From Moniliella sp. 'wahieum' (taxonomy: Eukaryota): 64,000 bases of DNA. Under the pieces are notes generated by a model. It saw nothing but the letters and a program-made list of their open reading frames with translations, had not been told where the DNA came from and searched no databases. How positions within the stretch are numbered: position 1 is the stretch's first letter; every line of letters starts with the position of its first letter. Position numbers and translations under genes: made by a program. The stretch spans positions 124,001-188,000 of the forward strand of contig RSEE01000047.1 of NCBI GenBank assembly GCA_003971905.1. Reading direction: 5' to 3'. Below are positions 52,520-64,000 of this stretch, piece after piece.

Positions 52520-54560
52520 AGTTCAGACGGTTGAACGTGTTGAACGTTATTGGGCGTTGAGCCTCAGCGTTCAGGCTGAGCGTTCAGCTCAGCTGGCAAA
52601 TGCTAATGGCGATTGGATGGTACGAGCCGGCTTGGGATGAGACTGTGGGGTGGCACGGATACTCCCCAAAGGGACACCAGTCATCGAGTACACGTTGAGT
52701 TGCCCAGAATGCACCGTGTTCCCATGCACGTTGGTACGGGCCGCAGTCACTGGTGACGCACCCTGAGGCCTGACGCGTGACACGTGACGTGTGACTGATC
52801 ACCGGTCGCAGGACAGGCCAAAACTTGATGATCGATGATCGATATCTGTGACATGTGACACGTGATCGATAATCTCATCGGTCACCCGATCAGAGTATTT
52901 GTAACATTGATTGTTGACATGTTGACACGTTGAATGGCTGGCATATTTACGCCTCGGCGTCATGCATCAGCTAGCTGAGCCTCAGCAGGGCTGAGCTGGA
53001 CGAGCATAGCAGCTATCGCCAGCCCACCGCCATGGAACCCAGGGTACAATATCGTTCGTTAATCGGGCTCTCCAATCTCTTACTGGTAGTGAGAGGCTAA
53101 AAGGCAGCCTAGGCTAGGCGAGTATGGTAGGTTACAGTGTAGTATCGGGTGTCGGATTGTCAGATCTCAAATGCTTGTCAGAGTTCGAGAATGTGTGGGC
53201 GACGCACGTGGGAGCCCCAGGTTGTGATTGTTCGATGATCGATGATCGATGAATTGGTAAACGAGCACGTACTTTAAGATCTAAGATCTAAGAGCACGGA
53301 GTACTGCGTACTGAGTACCTGAGAATACAAATGTACTAGCTTGTACTAGCTAGAGTACAGCTAGTATATTGTGGTGGCCAATGTGAGACGCACATACACT
53401 CCGTGTTTCACTTCTTCATCGGGACGAGGTGTGTCGTTCCCGCGGTTTCGTGCTTTGCACAGTCCTGGCTACTCTGACGCTCTCAGATATCAATATATGA
53501 ATGCGCAGTGCCCGCGGGGATCATAACACACTCTCCTTGTCCGAGGCCCATGGGAGGCGCACTGCCGCGCCGTCCGCCACGTCCAACCAGGGGTGGATGG
53601 AGCCACCCTCCAATGAATATTGAATAACCACTATATGTCAGCGCGAACACCGTGAACCCTATGTCGACGCACCCTGCCTGGGAAGAAACAGGGCGCCTGT
53701 ACTGACATGCATGATGCATGACATGTACGAGTATACTCAGAGTCAGAGTACTCAGACTGAGTAACTGAGTACTGACTGACATTACTGACATTGAACGTAT
53801 TGAACATGCGACAATGTCAGAGAGAGGTTATGGACATGCAACAGGACAGTGCCCCCAAAAGGCTGTAGCTATGCCAGTGCTGTGCCTGTGCTGTGTAGGC
53901 TGTGCCTGGACAACGTACACGTGTTGCTGCTAATAAAGTGCACACTGCCCCACCGATGCGGGTGCCCACAGAACCCGTAACTTGGGCGAGCGTGGAATCG
54001 GGGACGGAGGTTTGTGGCAGGGGTGGTTGCTTGACTTGGTTGTGGCACAATGTTACTGATGCAGATTGAGTAGTGAATGGCTGGTGGCGGCAGTGGTTAT
54101 CGATTGTCGGTTCCCGGTTAATCTTAAATGCGGCAATGACATGCCGAGACGCCACAGTTTGTGCTGTTTGTCCCCACACCCGCCACAGCAGACCAGCGGA
54201 TGGGACACATGTCATTGTCACACATCAGGACGTCAGGGTGTCAGCACTCAGCATGCCAGCGCCGAGCTGCTGAGGCTCAGGCTGAGCTCCCTACAGCACC
54301 CTTGCGGTGACCTAGTCCCGGTTCCGCGGCACCGCCCATTGCACGCAGATGTGGGACACTAGTGGCTAGTTGCTAGTTACTAGTTACTAGTTAAGCTAGT
54401 TACTAGTTACCGGTGACGCGGTTACGGCCGGTTACCGTTATCCCGTTACGCGTTTTACCGCGTTACAGGCCGGCGCAGTTACTGGTAAGCTTACCCTATA
54501 GGTACCGGTTAAACACTAACCTTCAAACGATAACAAACGTCAGCTGCTTGTTTCGTTCAG
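52520..54560. repeat. Cluster of intergenic heptamer/palindrome arrays upstream of SRE1
   Basis: ACGCGTG-ACACGTG (~52773), (ATCGATG)n (~52830, ~53240), (AGATCTA)2 (~53277), AGTACTC/G (~53300, ~53750), (ACTAGTT)n-ACCGGTG (~54375-54415). Confidence 0.75.
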
Positions 54561-54813
54561 CTAGATCGGAGGCGGGGAGGGGGACATTGACGTGTGACGC
54601 GACCGAGTACCTGGTACTTAGTCTAGAAGTGGCGACTAGTGTGATGCGTGATCATGCGCCATACATGTTCGTTCGCCCGGTATCCCCTCGCTCTGCCTCA
54701 GCCGCCAGCCCCGGCGGATTGTTGCTATCGATACCTTTCGCGCTTCTCCTCCGCGGCCCGCCGGGGCTTCTCCACACCTCTCCACCACCACCACCGTGGC
54801 TCTTCTCGCCCCC

Positions 54814-57800
54814 ATGGCCGCCCCTGTCCAGCAGCAGCCGGCGTACGATGGGTCGCTGGCCATGTATCTCAACAGCGTCGCTCTCAACGGTGGTACTCTG
54901 AGCCCGCCAGGCCAGGCGTCTGGCGCAGAGGGCGCACCGTTTCAGGCCTTGCTCTTGCCCGCTCCGTCGCAGCCCTCGCCACCCGACTGTGACTCCGCTG
55001 GACAAGCCCCCGTCAATCCCTGCATGATGCCTCCCACGCAGCTCCAGACGCCCGGCAGAGTATCCGTCAACACCCCGCCCGGCAACCCCGGCAACCTGCA
55101 CGAGTTTGGCACTCCTGCGTTTTCTTCTCACTCAGCGTCGGAGCCATCATATGGAATGTCGCTCTCCCCGGGCCCGTCTCCCTCCGATGCTTCAGGCGGC
55201 TCCTACCCTTTCCAGCAAACCACAGGAACCGATCGCTTTGGGCCGGGCGGTAAGCAAGTCCATGAGGGCCAGTACCCTCAGCTCGGTTTAGACGTTACCA
55301 CACTGCTCAGCACATACGGCCCATCTGGGGGAGAGGACCAACAGCAGCATGTGATGGGTTCTTTCCCTTATTCCGATGCTCCGCAGCCGCAGTCTGAGTT
55401 CGGGTCCCAACCTCAGTATTCTCAGAGCATGAGCGGGCTTCAACCAGGTTCTGCTGCTCATTGGTCACAGCCAGCGACTGATGCGTCTTCCGGCGATTCA
55501 ACTCCTTCCCAGCCTTTTTCATTTACCTCGGCCGGTCCGTTCGGTTATGATCGTGCTTCCAACTCGGGGGTGGATGCACAAGGCACCGCGGCTGGCGCAG
55601 TGCCATCCAGCATCAGCATTCCCCAGATGATTCCTTATGGTACTAAGCAGTTTCCATCGGTTACAGAGTCCATGCCATTTCCCCTCGACCCTTCCCCACT
55701 TCGCTCGCAACGCCCCCTTTCTCTCTCCCTTTCGAATGTCCAAGATGAACCGACAGTCTCCAACTCATTTTGGCAGAGTTCCCTTCCAGGGCAGCCGGCC
55801 GTCAAGTCACCACTTTCGGCCACCTTTGCTCCTGATTTGTCTGTCTTGCAATCATATACAGCCAAAAAGGAACAGGCATCACCGCATTCTCCTTCTTCCT
55901 CGAGCCCCGCCCCTCGTGGAAACTTGGCGTTTTCGGAAGCCTCTTCGGGCCATGCCCCTCTTCGTGGAAATGTTGGTCCGATCCGCCGTGGTCGTGGCCG
56001 GGCCGCGACCCTTGACGGTACGCCTAAGGACTTGGCCTTAAAACATCATCTCTCCAAACAGACACTGCAAGACGTCGAGGCGAGTAAACGTATCAAGTCC
56101 GACACTTCATTGGCCCATAAACTTACTATTCGCGCCAAGAACATGGTCAAGATCGAAGAACAGAACGACAAGATGAAGTGGGGCATCCTGCCGCCGGGAG
56201 GTACGTTTGTTTCTCGCTTTCGACTATGATTATCATGGATCATGTGGGTTTCAAGTATATTAAGGCTTGCCATACTGACCCTCCATTTCCGGCAGCGTTT
56301 GATAACATCAACGCAATCATGATGCAGTTGCACTATCGGCAGCAAACTCGCCTCATGCAGCAAGCCAACCATCCAACACTCTTTCAAGTGCAAGAAGAGG
56401 CTGATGAATCTGAACAAACGACGCGACGTCGCAACCGGCGCAAGGGCTCGGACCCCGACGAGGCAGCGAGGAACAAGGTACCGCACAACGCGATCGAGCG
56501 CCGATACCGTAACAACATCAATGACCGCATTGCAAGCCTTCGCAATGCAGTTCCAGCCCTGCGCTACCTCAACCCTAAGAACAATGGGGGCTCTACCCCT
56601 CTGCTCCCGCGTAAACCGCGGAAAAAGGGGGAGCCGGAGGACCTAGTGGACGGCATCAGTGTAGCTACCAAACTCAACAAAGCAACCATTTTGGGCAAAG
56701 CGACCGAGTACATTCATCACCTCAAGAAGCGCGAGCTTCATCTGTCGTCCGAGGTGGAGGGATTGAAGGAGCTCATCCGCTCGTTCCGGGGAGGGGACGA
56801 TGTGCTAATTGTGTGGCTGCACGAGATGGAGCAGACGCGACGGGAACGGGATGCTGAGGAGGCCCGGCTCGCCGCTCTGCGGCCCATCAAAGAGGAGGAC
56901 AAGTCAGACGATCCCATGGATGACTTGCTACTTGATTCAGAAGATGATTTAGATGATGTTTCGCCCACCGCCTCTGCCTCTGTTGAAGGCTCGTTTGGGG
57001 CAGCTCAGTCCACTGGGTCGTATGTGATGGCAGCATTCCTCGGTTTCACTCTTATGGGGACCAACCCCGACCTGCACCGTCCTGGTTTAACCGCCCACCC
57101 TGGAGGGCGCGCTTTGGGGGCTTCTAAGCAACTTTGGAAGCGTTCCTCTCCCTTCACTTCGACCGGGGTGCACGACTATGACCACATTTCAACTTGGACC
57201 CTCGTCTTCGAGGTGGTCCGCTTCCTCACGTTCATAACGTGTGCCCTCTTGACGCTTTACCCAATGTTCCGCACGATATTCCAGCAATCTTCCACTCTAC
57301 ACAAGACCTCTACTGATCGAGGAAAGCGTAATACGCTTCGCAATCGCCGTATCGCGTTGGACGCGGCCTTGGCCCTTCCCACATTGACTCCGGTTGCGGT
57401 GGATCAGGCCCTTCGGTCCTTTGTTTCAGCACCTCAATCAGTGCTGGGCGTTCTAACTCGTTTAACCGGTGACTTATATCGGTTGGCGATGGAGCAGATT
57501 CGTTCCTACACGATGGGCCCTTCAACCTCTATTGGCGGCCTCCAACCACCACGTCTTCTTTCCACGTTGGCAGCACGAGCGGAGGCGGATGTGTGGACTC
57601 GTTTGCTGGGACTCGAGACAGCCTGGGGCGCCTTTGTTCAACGTTCCCTGTTCCACAAGGTGCACACTCTCCTTCAAGTAGTTCTGATTGCTCGCGCTGT
57701 GGACGAGAAGGAGGAACAACTCAGCAACGGGCCTGACGCGATGGAGACCGAGGATGAAGAGGAGACATATATAGTCTCCAGCGACTCAATGGCTGCCCGT

Positions 57801-59111
57801 TTGCATGGTCTCTTGGCTCTCGCCCTTGGCCGCTTGGGCTCGCCTGCGCATGCCGTAGGTTACCTGATCCGGAAGTACGCCTGTGCCCATTGGAACCGAG
57901 CGCAAGCGGGACCGTTTCAGGCCGACTGGCTTACGGGTGTACTTTCCTTGCCGTTGGAGGACGCGCTGGATCTACTTCCCTCGGAGGCCGAAACATCGAG
58001 AGCAGCAGCGTTGGTTGGGGGCGACAAGGATTCGCTGCTGTTCTTAGGGTCGCCCCTTCTTTTGGTTGCTAACACCTTAAACATGGCCGATCTCTATGCC
58101 ATTTGGTCGACCCTCTTTCCCTACCTTATCACTTCGGCCAGCCCAACCACGTTCAGCGCCCGAGTTCGGCGCGAGAAGGAGTACGCTTTCTCTCCTTCCG
58201 GGGGTGCCAGACCAGTGCAGAGGGGCAAATCACAGCTACCCGCCGTCGAGCAGGCGAGCGTCCCTGGTGGGGGAGCAGACGTGAATGCCTTCTTGCGCGA
58301 ATTTTTTATTCGGATGCGCCGTGGCCTCGTCAAGGTTGATCTCATTACTTCCTCTTCCTCGCGGACTGCCGAAATCCGAGCAGTACTGGAAGCCCTTCTG
58401 GACCAGCTGGAAGCGAAGGCTGTTCAACCCACCCCTGCCTATTACCTTATTCAGATCACCCTCGCCACCTGGTCATTCCTCCATGCCGACGCGGGCACAG
58501 CGGAGGCCTATGCTCGCCCCCTCCTCAACGAGCTCCAGTCTGGCTCGCCTATGCTGGGAGCGCGGGCAACTGCGACTGCGTGTGTCGACCTCGTCTTCGG
58601 TCCCAGCGCCTTGGCTGGCTCCATCTCCCCCTCCAACACGGCCGCCACTACCGCGAGCCTTGCTGATGACCGCACCATCTTTTCGCTAGCTCAAGCGGGC
58701 CTGCAGTGGCTCTCCTTTCTGCGCCATTTGGGGCTCAATCGCTCCATCTTCCAAGGCGGCCCTTGTGACCCCGTGGTAACCACCACTCTGCTCGAGCGCG
58801 CGCTTGCTCTTCGCCGGACCCTCACCCGGACCGTTCCACCCCAGTTGCGTGTCAGGGTGCCTAGCCTAGGGCACGGTGAAGAAGAGCGAGATGTATGGTC
58901 CAATGCCGGCCTTGGACTTGCGGAAGCCCAGGAGGCTGCCACGGACGTGCTGGGCGATTTTTGTCGCTTTCTCAGCCGACGTGCGGCCGAGGTCCAGCCG
59001 ATTCCCGGGTGGGAATTGAATGGACGCCCTTTGCCCTCTTCCTCGGGTGGATTGAGCGACCTGGTCTGGATCCCCGAGGTGTCGGACAGCGGGCTCATCG
59101 ACTTGGACTGA
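54814..59111 (+). CDS. SRE1: SREBP-like membrane-anchored bHLH transcription factor; intron 56201-56295
   Basis: HNAIERRYRNNINDRI (Tyr-substituted basic region), KLNKATILGKATEYI, followed by two hydrophobic segments. Intron phase joins the two long ORFs exactly. Confidence 0.85.
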
Positions 59112-59832
59112 TACTAAAAAAAGGCCTATCAGTCTCCCTCCCCACCATTTTTTCCCCATTGTTTCATCGTTCCTCTGTGTGTACCTTGTATCCCCCCAGC
59201 AGGGGTCAGCCTGGTGTTGGTTAACAGGGATAACCATCTCTGCGCTATTCTGCTTCATTTGTTTTTTGCTCTTACGATCCCACACCCACCCCCTGCCCGC
59301 CCGCCATATATGGGATCCTTTTGTTCCCTATGATTTTCGCACCAAAACCCGGCTCTGATTCTCCCTCCGGTCATCTTCAATACTTCGCTAATTCTCCTTT
59401 CACAACTACTGTACCCACGTTTGCAACCTATTAACTTCTCGTTTTATTCTTCCACTGCGCCTCAAAAAACATTGCTTGGGTCTGCTATAACTCCCTTTAT
59501 AGCCCGGAATGAGCATATTTATAGTCCGGTATAAGGAGGTGAACAACAACGACTCGTATATTAGTTTTGTCATGGATGAAGAGATGTGGGTGCTATTATG
59601 ATGCGTAATACTAGAACTGCATTATAGTGATGTACTACGGCAGACAGACAGCGCAGAGGTCTGAGCTACCAGATGCTGATGAGCGAGAGCGGAGAGAAGT
59701 AACGAGTTGAGCGAAGAGGTGGGGGTGGTAAAGAAGGATAGAGTGGAAAGCGTCAGCGGTGCCTACAAATACTAGTACAAGTATGGCTTGCAATTACAAA
59801 GTCAAGGCTACAAAACGAGTTAACACTATGAC

Positions 59833-59919
59833 TCCTCAATGGTCCAACGGCTATGATGTCACGCTTTCAAGCCATAAGGCAGAACCGTGAAGACCCGGGT
59901 TCGACTCCCGGTTGGGGAA
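59833..59919 (+). tRNA. tRNA-Glu(TTC) with 15-nt intron (59870-59884)
   Basis: TCCTCAA/TTGGGGA acceptor stem, TCACG-CT-TTC-A[intron]C-CGTGA anticodon arm, GGGTTCGACTCCC T-arm, T6 terminator. Confidence 0.92.
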
Positions 59920-60384
59920 CATTTTTTGCCGGTTATTTGCGACAAGGAGGCACTGGGCTCCGCAAGTGACATAATGTCTACTATCGCAAGAAGTGCTTCG
60001 CCTTTTACAGTGGCTCCTCAATATAACGGTGGCAAAGGTGGCAAAGGTACTAATCACTCGCATCAAAAGTAAGAAACGGGCCCGGGAGATGTTGTTGTCA
60101 CAATCGGGGCTATATAGAAATGAGACCAGAGTCGAGACCAATACGCCAAGGGATGTAGCAATGGTTCGGGGAGGAAGCAAGAGCAGAGGACATGGTGCGA
60201 AGCGGAAGAAAAAGAGAAGGAGGGAGATGCTCGGGACGAAGAAATTGGAAATGAGGGCGAGATCAGCCAAACTATGACAGTGGTTTTCCCGGGAGGGTGC
60301 GACACCGGCGCACAAGAACGTAACGTTTTGTAATAGGCGTCTCTCGCCCAAGTGAGAATATCAAACACGTTTTGAACACATTAC

Positions 60385-60545
60385 ACCAACGACTTCTATT
60401 ACTCCTTTTCTTCCGGCGTTCTACACGAAGGCGTGTGTTGCCGTCTGCTCGTGTACCACCTTCCGGTACGCAGTCTTGGCCACATTTGTATCAGAGAGCC
60501 TCAGACCGTGCGCGGTACACTTCCATCTCTGTTCCTCCTAACTCA
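60385..60545 (-). mobile_element. Short degenerate fragment of the same CRE-like element (copy 3)
   Basis: Matches 50800-50935 (CCGGCGTTCTA; GGTACACTTCCATCTCTGTTCCTCC vs GGTACACCTCCATTCCTGATCCTCC). Shares the exact 18-mer ACCACCTTCCGGTACGCA (60455-60472) with 34664-34681. Confidence 0.6.
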
Positions 60546-60827
60546 CTTCACTGTTGTAAGTGCTCCTTGCATGACGGAGGACTGATTACAGCGTATGTGA
60601 CAGCTACGGGGCACTTCAAGTATAATTGTTGAATTCATATATCGATGGTTGAGCATCGGTGCGAAGACGGTCGACGAATATCAGGATAAAGGGGGGGAGC
60701 AGTTGGTTGGCACTACCAGTGGAAATGGCAAAGGAGCAAAGGGAAAGAGAGCCACAAAAGCCCAAAGGAACAACGGCATAGAGCATGGGATCAAAACATG
60801 TGGGATGGAGGTCATGCTTGTGTGCAC

Positions 60828-62854
60828 TTAACCCACCCCGTCGCAGCCAACCCAGCCGCGCTGCGGACGAACCTTCATGTTGCCCAACGCGCACGGCTGC
60901 ATTTGGATGCCTCCACCACGAGCCAGGCCCAATCCGACCATCGTGTGGTACTGGCGCACCTGACCCTTCGAGACGAGACGGTCAAAGCTCTGGTGGGAGT
61001 TGGTGAGCATACCGCGCTGGGCTTCTTCGATGCCCGGGTTCTTTTCATCCTTTTCCTGGACAATCTTGGCCACCTCGCGGTCAAGAATGATGCGCTGCTC
61101 ATGGGCGCGCTCGCCCGCTTGGCGGACGTCGTCCACCAGTTGCTTTGCCAGCTCAGCCTGGCCGGCCTCAACGAGACGGGGGTGGGTCAAAAGAGCTTGG
61201 TCGTCCGCCGGCGACCAGGTCGCGTAGACCTCATCCAGCACTTTCAGAACAGTGGCCAGGTTGTTCGGCAGGTAGCGCAAAATGTTACTGCCGCCCGTCG
61301 CAAGCGAAAAGTCGGAGTTGTTGATGATGTACTTGCGAGTAAACTGCCAGTGGCGGTGACGGAACTCACGGACCTGGTCCGTCAGCAAAATGTACAAAGC
61401 CTTTAGAAGGGCCGAGCTGCCCCTATCGGTGCAGAAAGCACGGACCCAACTGCGAAGCACGCGCCTCCAGGTGGGCTAGGTACTCGCGCTGGTCTAGGTT
61501 AAGAGAAAATGTTGTCAGTCTCCGCAAGAGCCAAGTAGCTGATGATGAAAGATAACTTACTCTTAGGGCGGTAGCGACGGAAGTCACGCAGGGTGCGAGT
61601 AAACTCGTTGTTTGGCATTTCAGCAGTGAGCTCAGGAGGTTGTCCGCCAACGGAATAATCGAATCATTGGCTCCACTTTCCCCACGGAAGTTGGACATGG
61701 GGACATCCTCTCCGTTGGGGCCAGCTCCCTGGTACGTAACGCCATTGGGGAACATGGCGTTGGCCTTCTGAGTAGGGGCCCCCTTGGTACCGTAAATGTA
61801 GGTACGGAAGTCCAGGTAAGCTTGCGGCAAAGAACGGTTCCACATCGACGACATGGATTCCTGCACCTCGGAAAGCAGCCAGGAGTGACATAAATGCTCG
61901 CTCAGCTTCCTCAACCTTACCAGCCTCGGTGGCTAGAAGCATGTCCTCGGCCGCAGAAAGGAGACGCGCAGAAAACGCCAGCATTTCAACATGGACCAAA
62001 ATGAAGCCCCCCTCTGAACCAGCGGGGTTCTGGAAGGCGCGGATCAACTTGAGATTGTCAAATGCGTAGCGCCCCGGACCTGTCTTGACGGACAACTCGT
62101 GACCAAACTGGCCATCCGCCTGGGCCGACTGCTTAGAAGCAAGCTGGGGGCTGGGGATGTCCTTGTTCTTGAACTCATAGTTTTGCAACGCGTACGAAGA
62201 AGAGTACTCCATGAAAGGGAAATGACCCAGCTCGGTAGCCAATGCAACCAGAGGCTGCGCAATCGCGGCCGGCAACAGGTCGCGACCCGGTGCATACAGC
62301 CCCGTCGCACGGAAAGCCTGATCGGTGGGCTCGAGCAAGTACGCCGAAGTCAGGAAGCACAGATCGCGGAACAGAGCCGAGAGAAGGTGGGTACGATCCA
62401 CCCCCGGCACGATGAGCTTGCCGGCAATGACGTCCTGCACCGCCTGCAGTAAAGCAGCGCCATTGGCCGTGCCCTCCGGCCCATCAATCAAGGCCTTGTG
62501 CACGGCCGGGCCAAACTCCCCCTTGGCCAGCAGTCCCGATGCGGTCGCATCAGTCTCCCCGGGCTGAACGATGGTCATGCGGTCCAGGAGCGTGCTGAGC
62601 ACGTCGAACTCTTTGGGAAGCTGGGCAGCGGGCAGCGGATCCGAACGCGGAAGGAAGCCATGAGCGCGACCAAGAGTGAATTGGGGGAGCTTGGACTGCT
62701 CTGAGGCGGGCAGCTCCTCAACGAAGAAAGTGCTGCCCTTGATGGTGTCGCCATTGGCAGCAGCGGCAGTGGCGAGGTGGCGGAGAGCCACCCGGTGGGA
62801 ACGCGGGACCCGAAGAAGGGCAGCCCAGCGAGTAGCGTGCGCGATGGTAGACAT
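60828..62854 (-). CDS. Indoleamine 2,3-dioxygenase, fungal IDO-gamma type; intron ~61495-61560
   Basis: HGFLP..DP, LFRDLCFL.SAYLLEP, FMEY..SYAL.N, E.GFILVHV.M, FRT.I.G, FRGESGANDSIIP..D, FR.RHW.F.R.YII, ATGGS. Confidence 0.88.
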
Positions 62855-64000
62855 GGTTGTAGAAGTGGCGATGGCGATGAGAGAGAGCAAGTAAGGAGGA
62901 GGGGGTGGGGTGGGGGTGTCGTCGAGCGGCAGTCCGGGCAGCATATTTATACCACTTCTTCCATTCCATATCGCTCACCTGTCTGGTCACACTCCACTGG
63001 GACGATAAGAAGAACTAGCACTGGGGCAGTGTCATGGGCTGTATCTCTATCGCTGTGGTGGTCGATCATTGATCGATCAACGCAATTAGTAACCCCAGCC
63101 GGCCATCCACCCCGCTTTCACAGCGCTGCTGCCGCCAAGAACTATAACCGGTAACCCACCTCGCCAGCCCGTGAGCGCAGCGTCGACTACGGTTGAGGCG
63201 CTGCGCCCCGCAACGACGCCGCCACCATCCAGGTCCTCAACGTCCCTACCACCTCCCCAACGCCCATCGCATCCTGCCCATCGGTCCCCGGATATGCGCT
63301 CTGACACGGCCCTTGCTGGCTTGGCCCGCGGAAACGGTGAGAAATTAAACATGCATGGCCGGCGCCGGCCTGCGGCGCCGGCCTCAAGTTAGTTTCATCT
63401 GCGTATATTGAACCTTTTGAATCAAGGGGTTTGATGTAGGTGGCGGGCAACTTCAACTCATTGTCGTCTCTACGCAACATGATATACGACTGAGAGCGCG
63501 GGACCGGCAGTGATGCTGATGCGCGAGAACGAAGTAACGAGTTCAGCGAGATAGCCAGCGCGGGAGCTCGCGCATATAGGCACGTTGTGACGCGTATGCT
63601 GCTGTGTTTGCAGACTAGTAATTGGAACTGTGACTCTCATCGACGATGGGAAGAGAAGAGACGTTGGCGGTGACGATCCGATCAAATAGTACTGACAAAA
63701 CGGTCTGCATAGTAGTATCACGAACGTTGCAGACCCCGCCTTCTACACTGCTGTGACGTTCATGAACACATATCTCCACGAAGCTGGAAGTATAGGGGTG
63801 GTATAAGCTTAGTCCCCACACAGTGGAAATGAGAAGATATATTGATTGGGCTTTCATGGAATCTGTGGGAGAACCCACTGACTACGTGAAAGAGGCCGAA
63901 ACCATAACGGGTGGATTTGTTTGGACAAAACAGAAATGAGAAAGGGCGCGGGAGAGAACCTGATGGTAGGTATATATACCGGCCATAGAAAGTCAAACAT

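Noticed and set aside
53130..53150. GTGTAGTATC resembling the U2 snRNA branch-pairing region
   Set aside because: Flanks lack the rest of the U2 5' sequence.
43500..54560. Heptamer arrays as CRISPR or prokaryotic repeats
   Set aside because: No constant repeat with unique spacers, no cas genes, and a eukaryotic context.

Overview
Eukaryotic, intron-containing, GC-rich fungal genomic DNA. The gene set and GTRNGY donor / CTRAC branch sites suggest a basidiomycete, probably Ustilaginomycotina (inference). About 20 protein genes are recognisable: an Smr protein, a GATA/Swc3-like protein, Img2, glycogenin, Sos7, COQ8 with an OXLD1-like domain, VPS45, YOP1, RPL34, WC-2, calnexin, an aldo-keto reductase, acetylglutamate kinase, DUF3405, a UDP-sugar transporter, a Zn2Cys6 factor, an Mps1-like kinase, UBC9, an SREBP-like bHLH and IDO-gamma. 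There are also two tRNA genes (Ala-AGC; intron-containing Glu-TTC). Most genes carry single-base frameshifts, most likely uncorrected sequencing errors, so CDS ends are approximate. Main leads: (1) COQ8 appears to splice in frame into an OXLD1/DPC25-like CCMSGCxxC domain, suggesting a tandem mitochondrial polyprotein with an intronic stop/polyA alternative; (2) the normally fused Arg5,6 is present as kinase only; (3) three decayed copies of a CRE/Cnl1-like non-LTR retrotransposon, two near tRNA genes; (4) intergenic arrays with a shared 7-bp grammar (6-bp A-N4-T palindrome plus one spacer base). All family assignments come from motif recognition by eye; no database searches were run.
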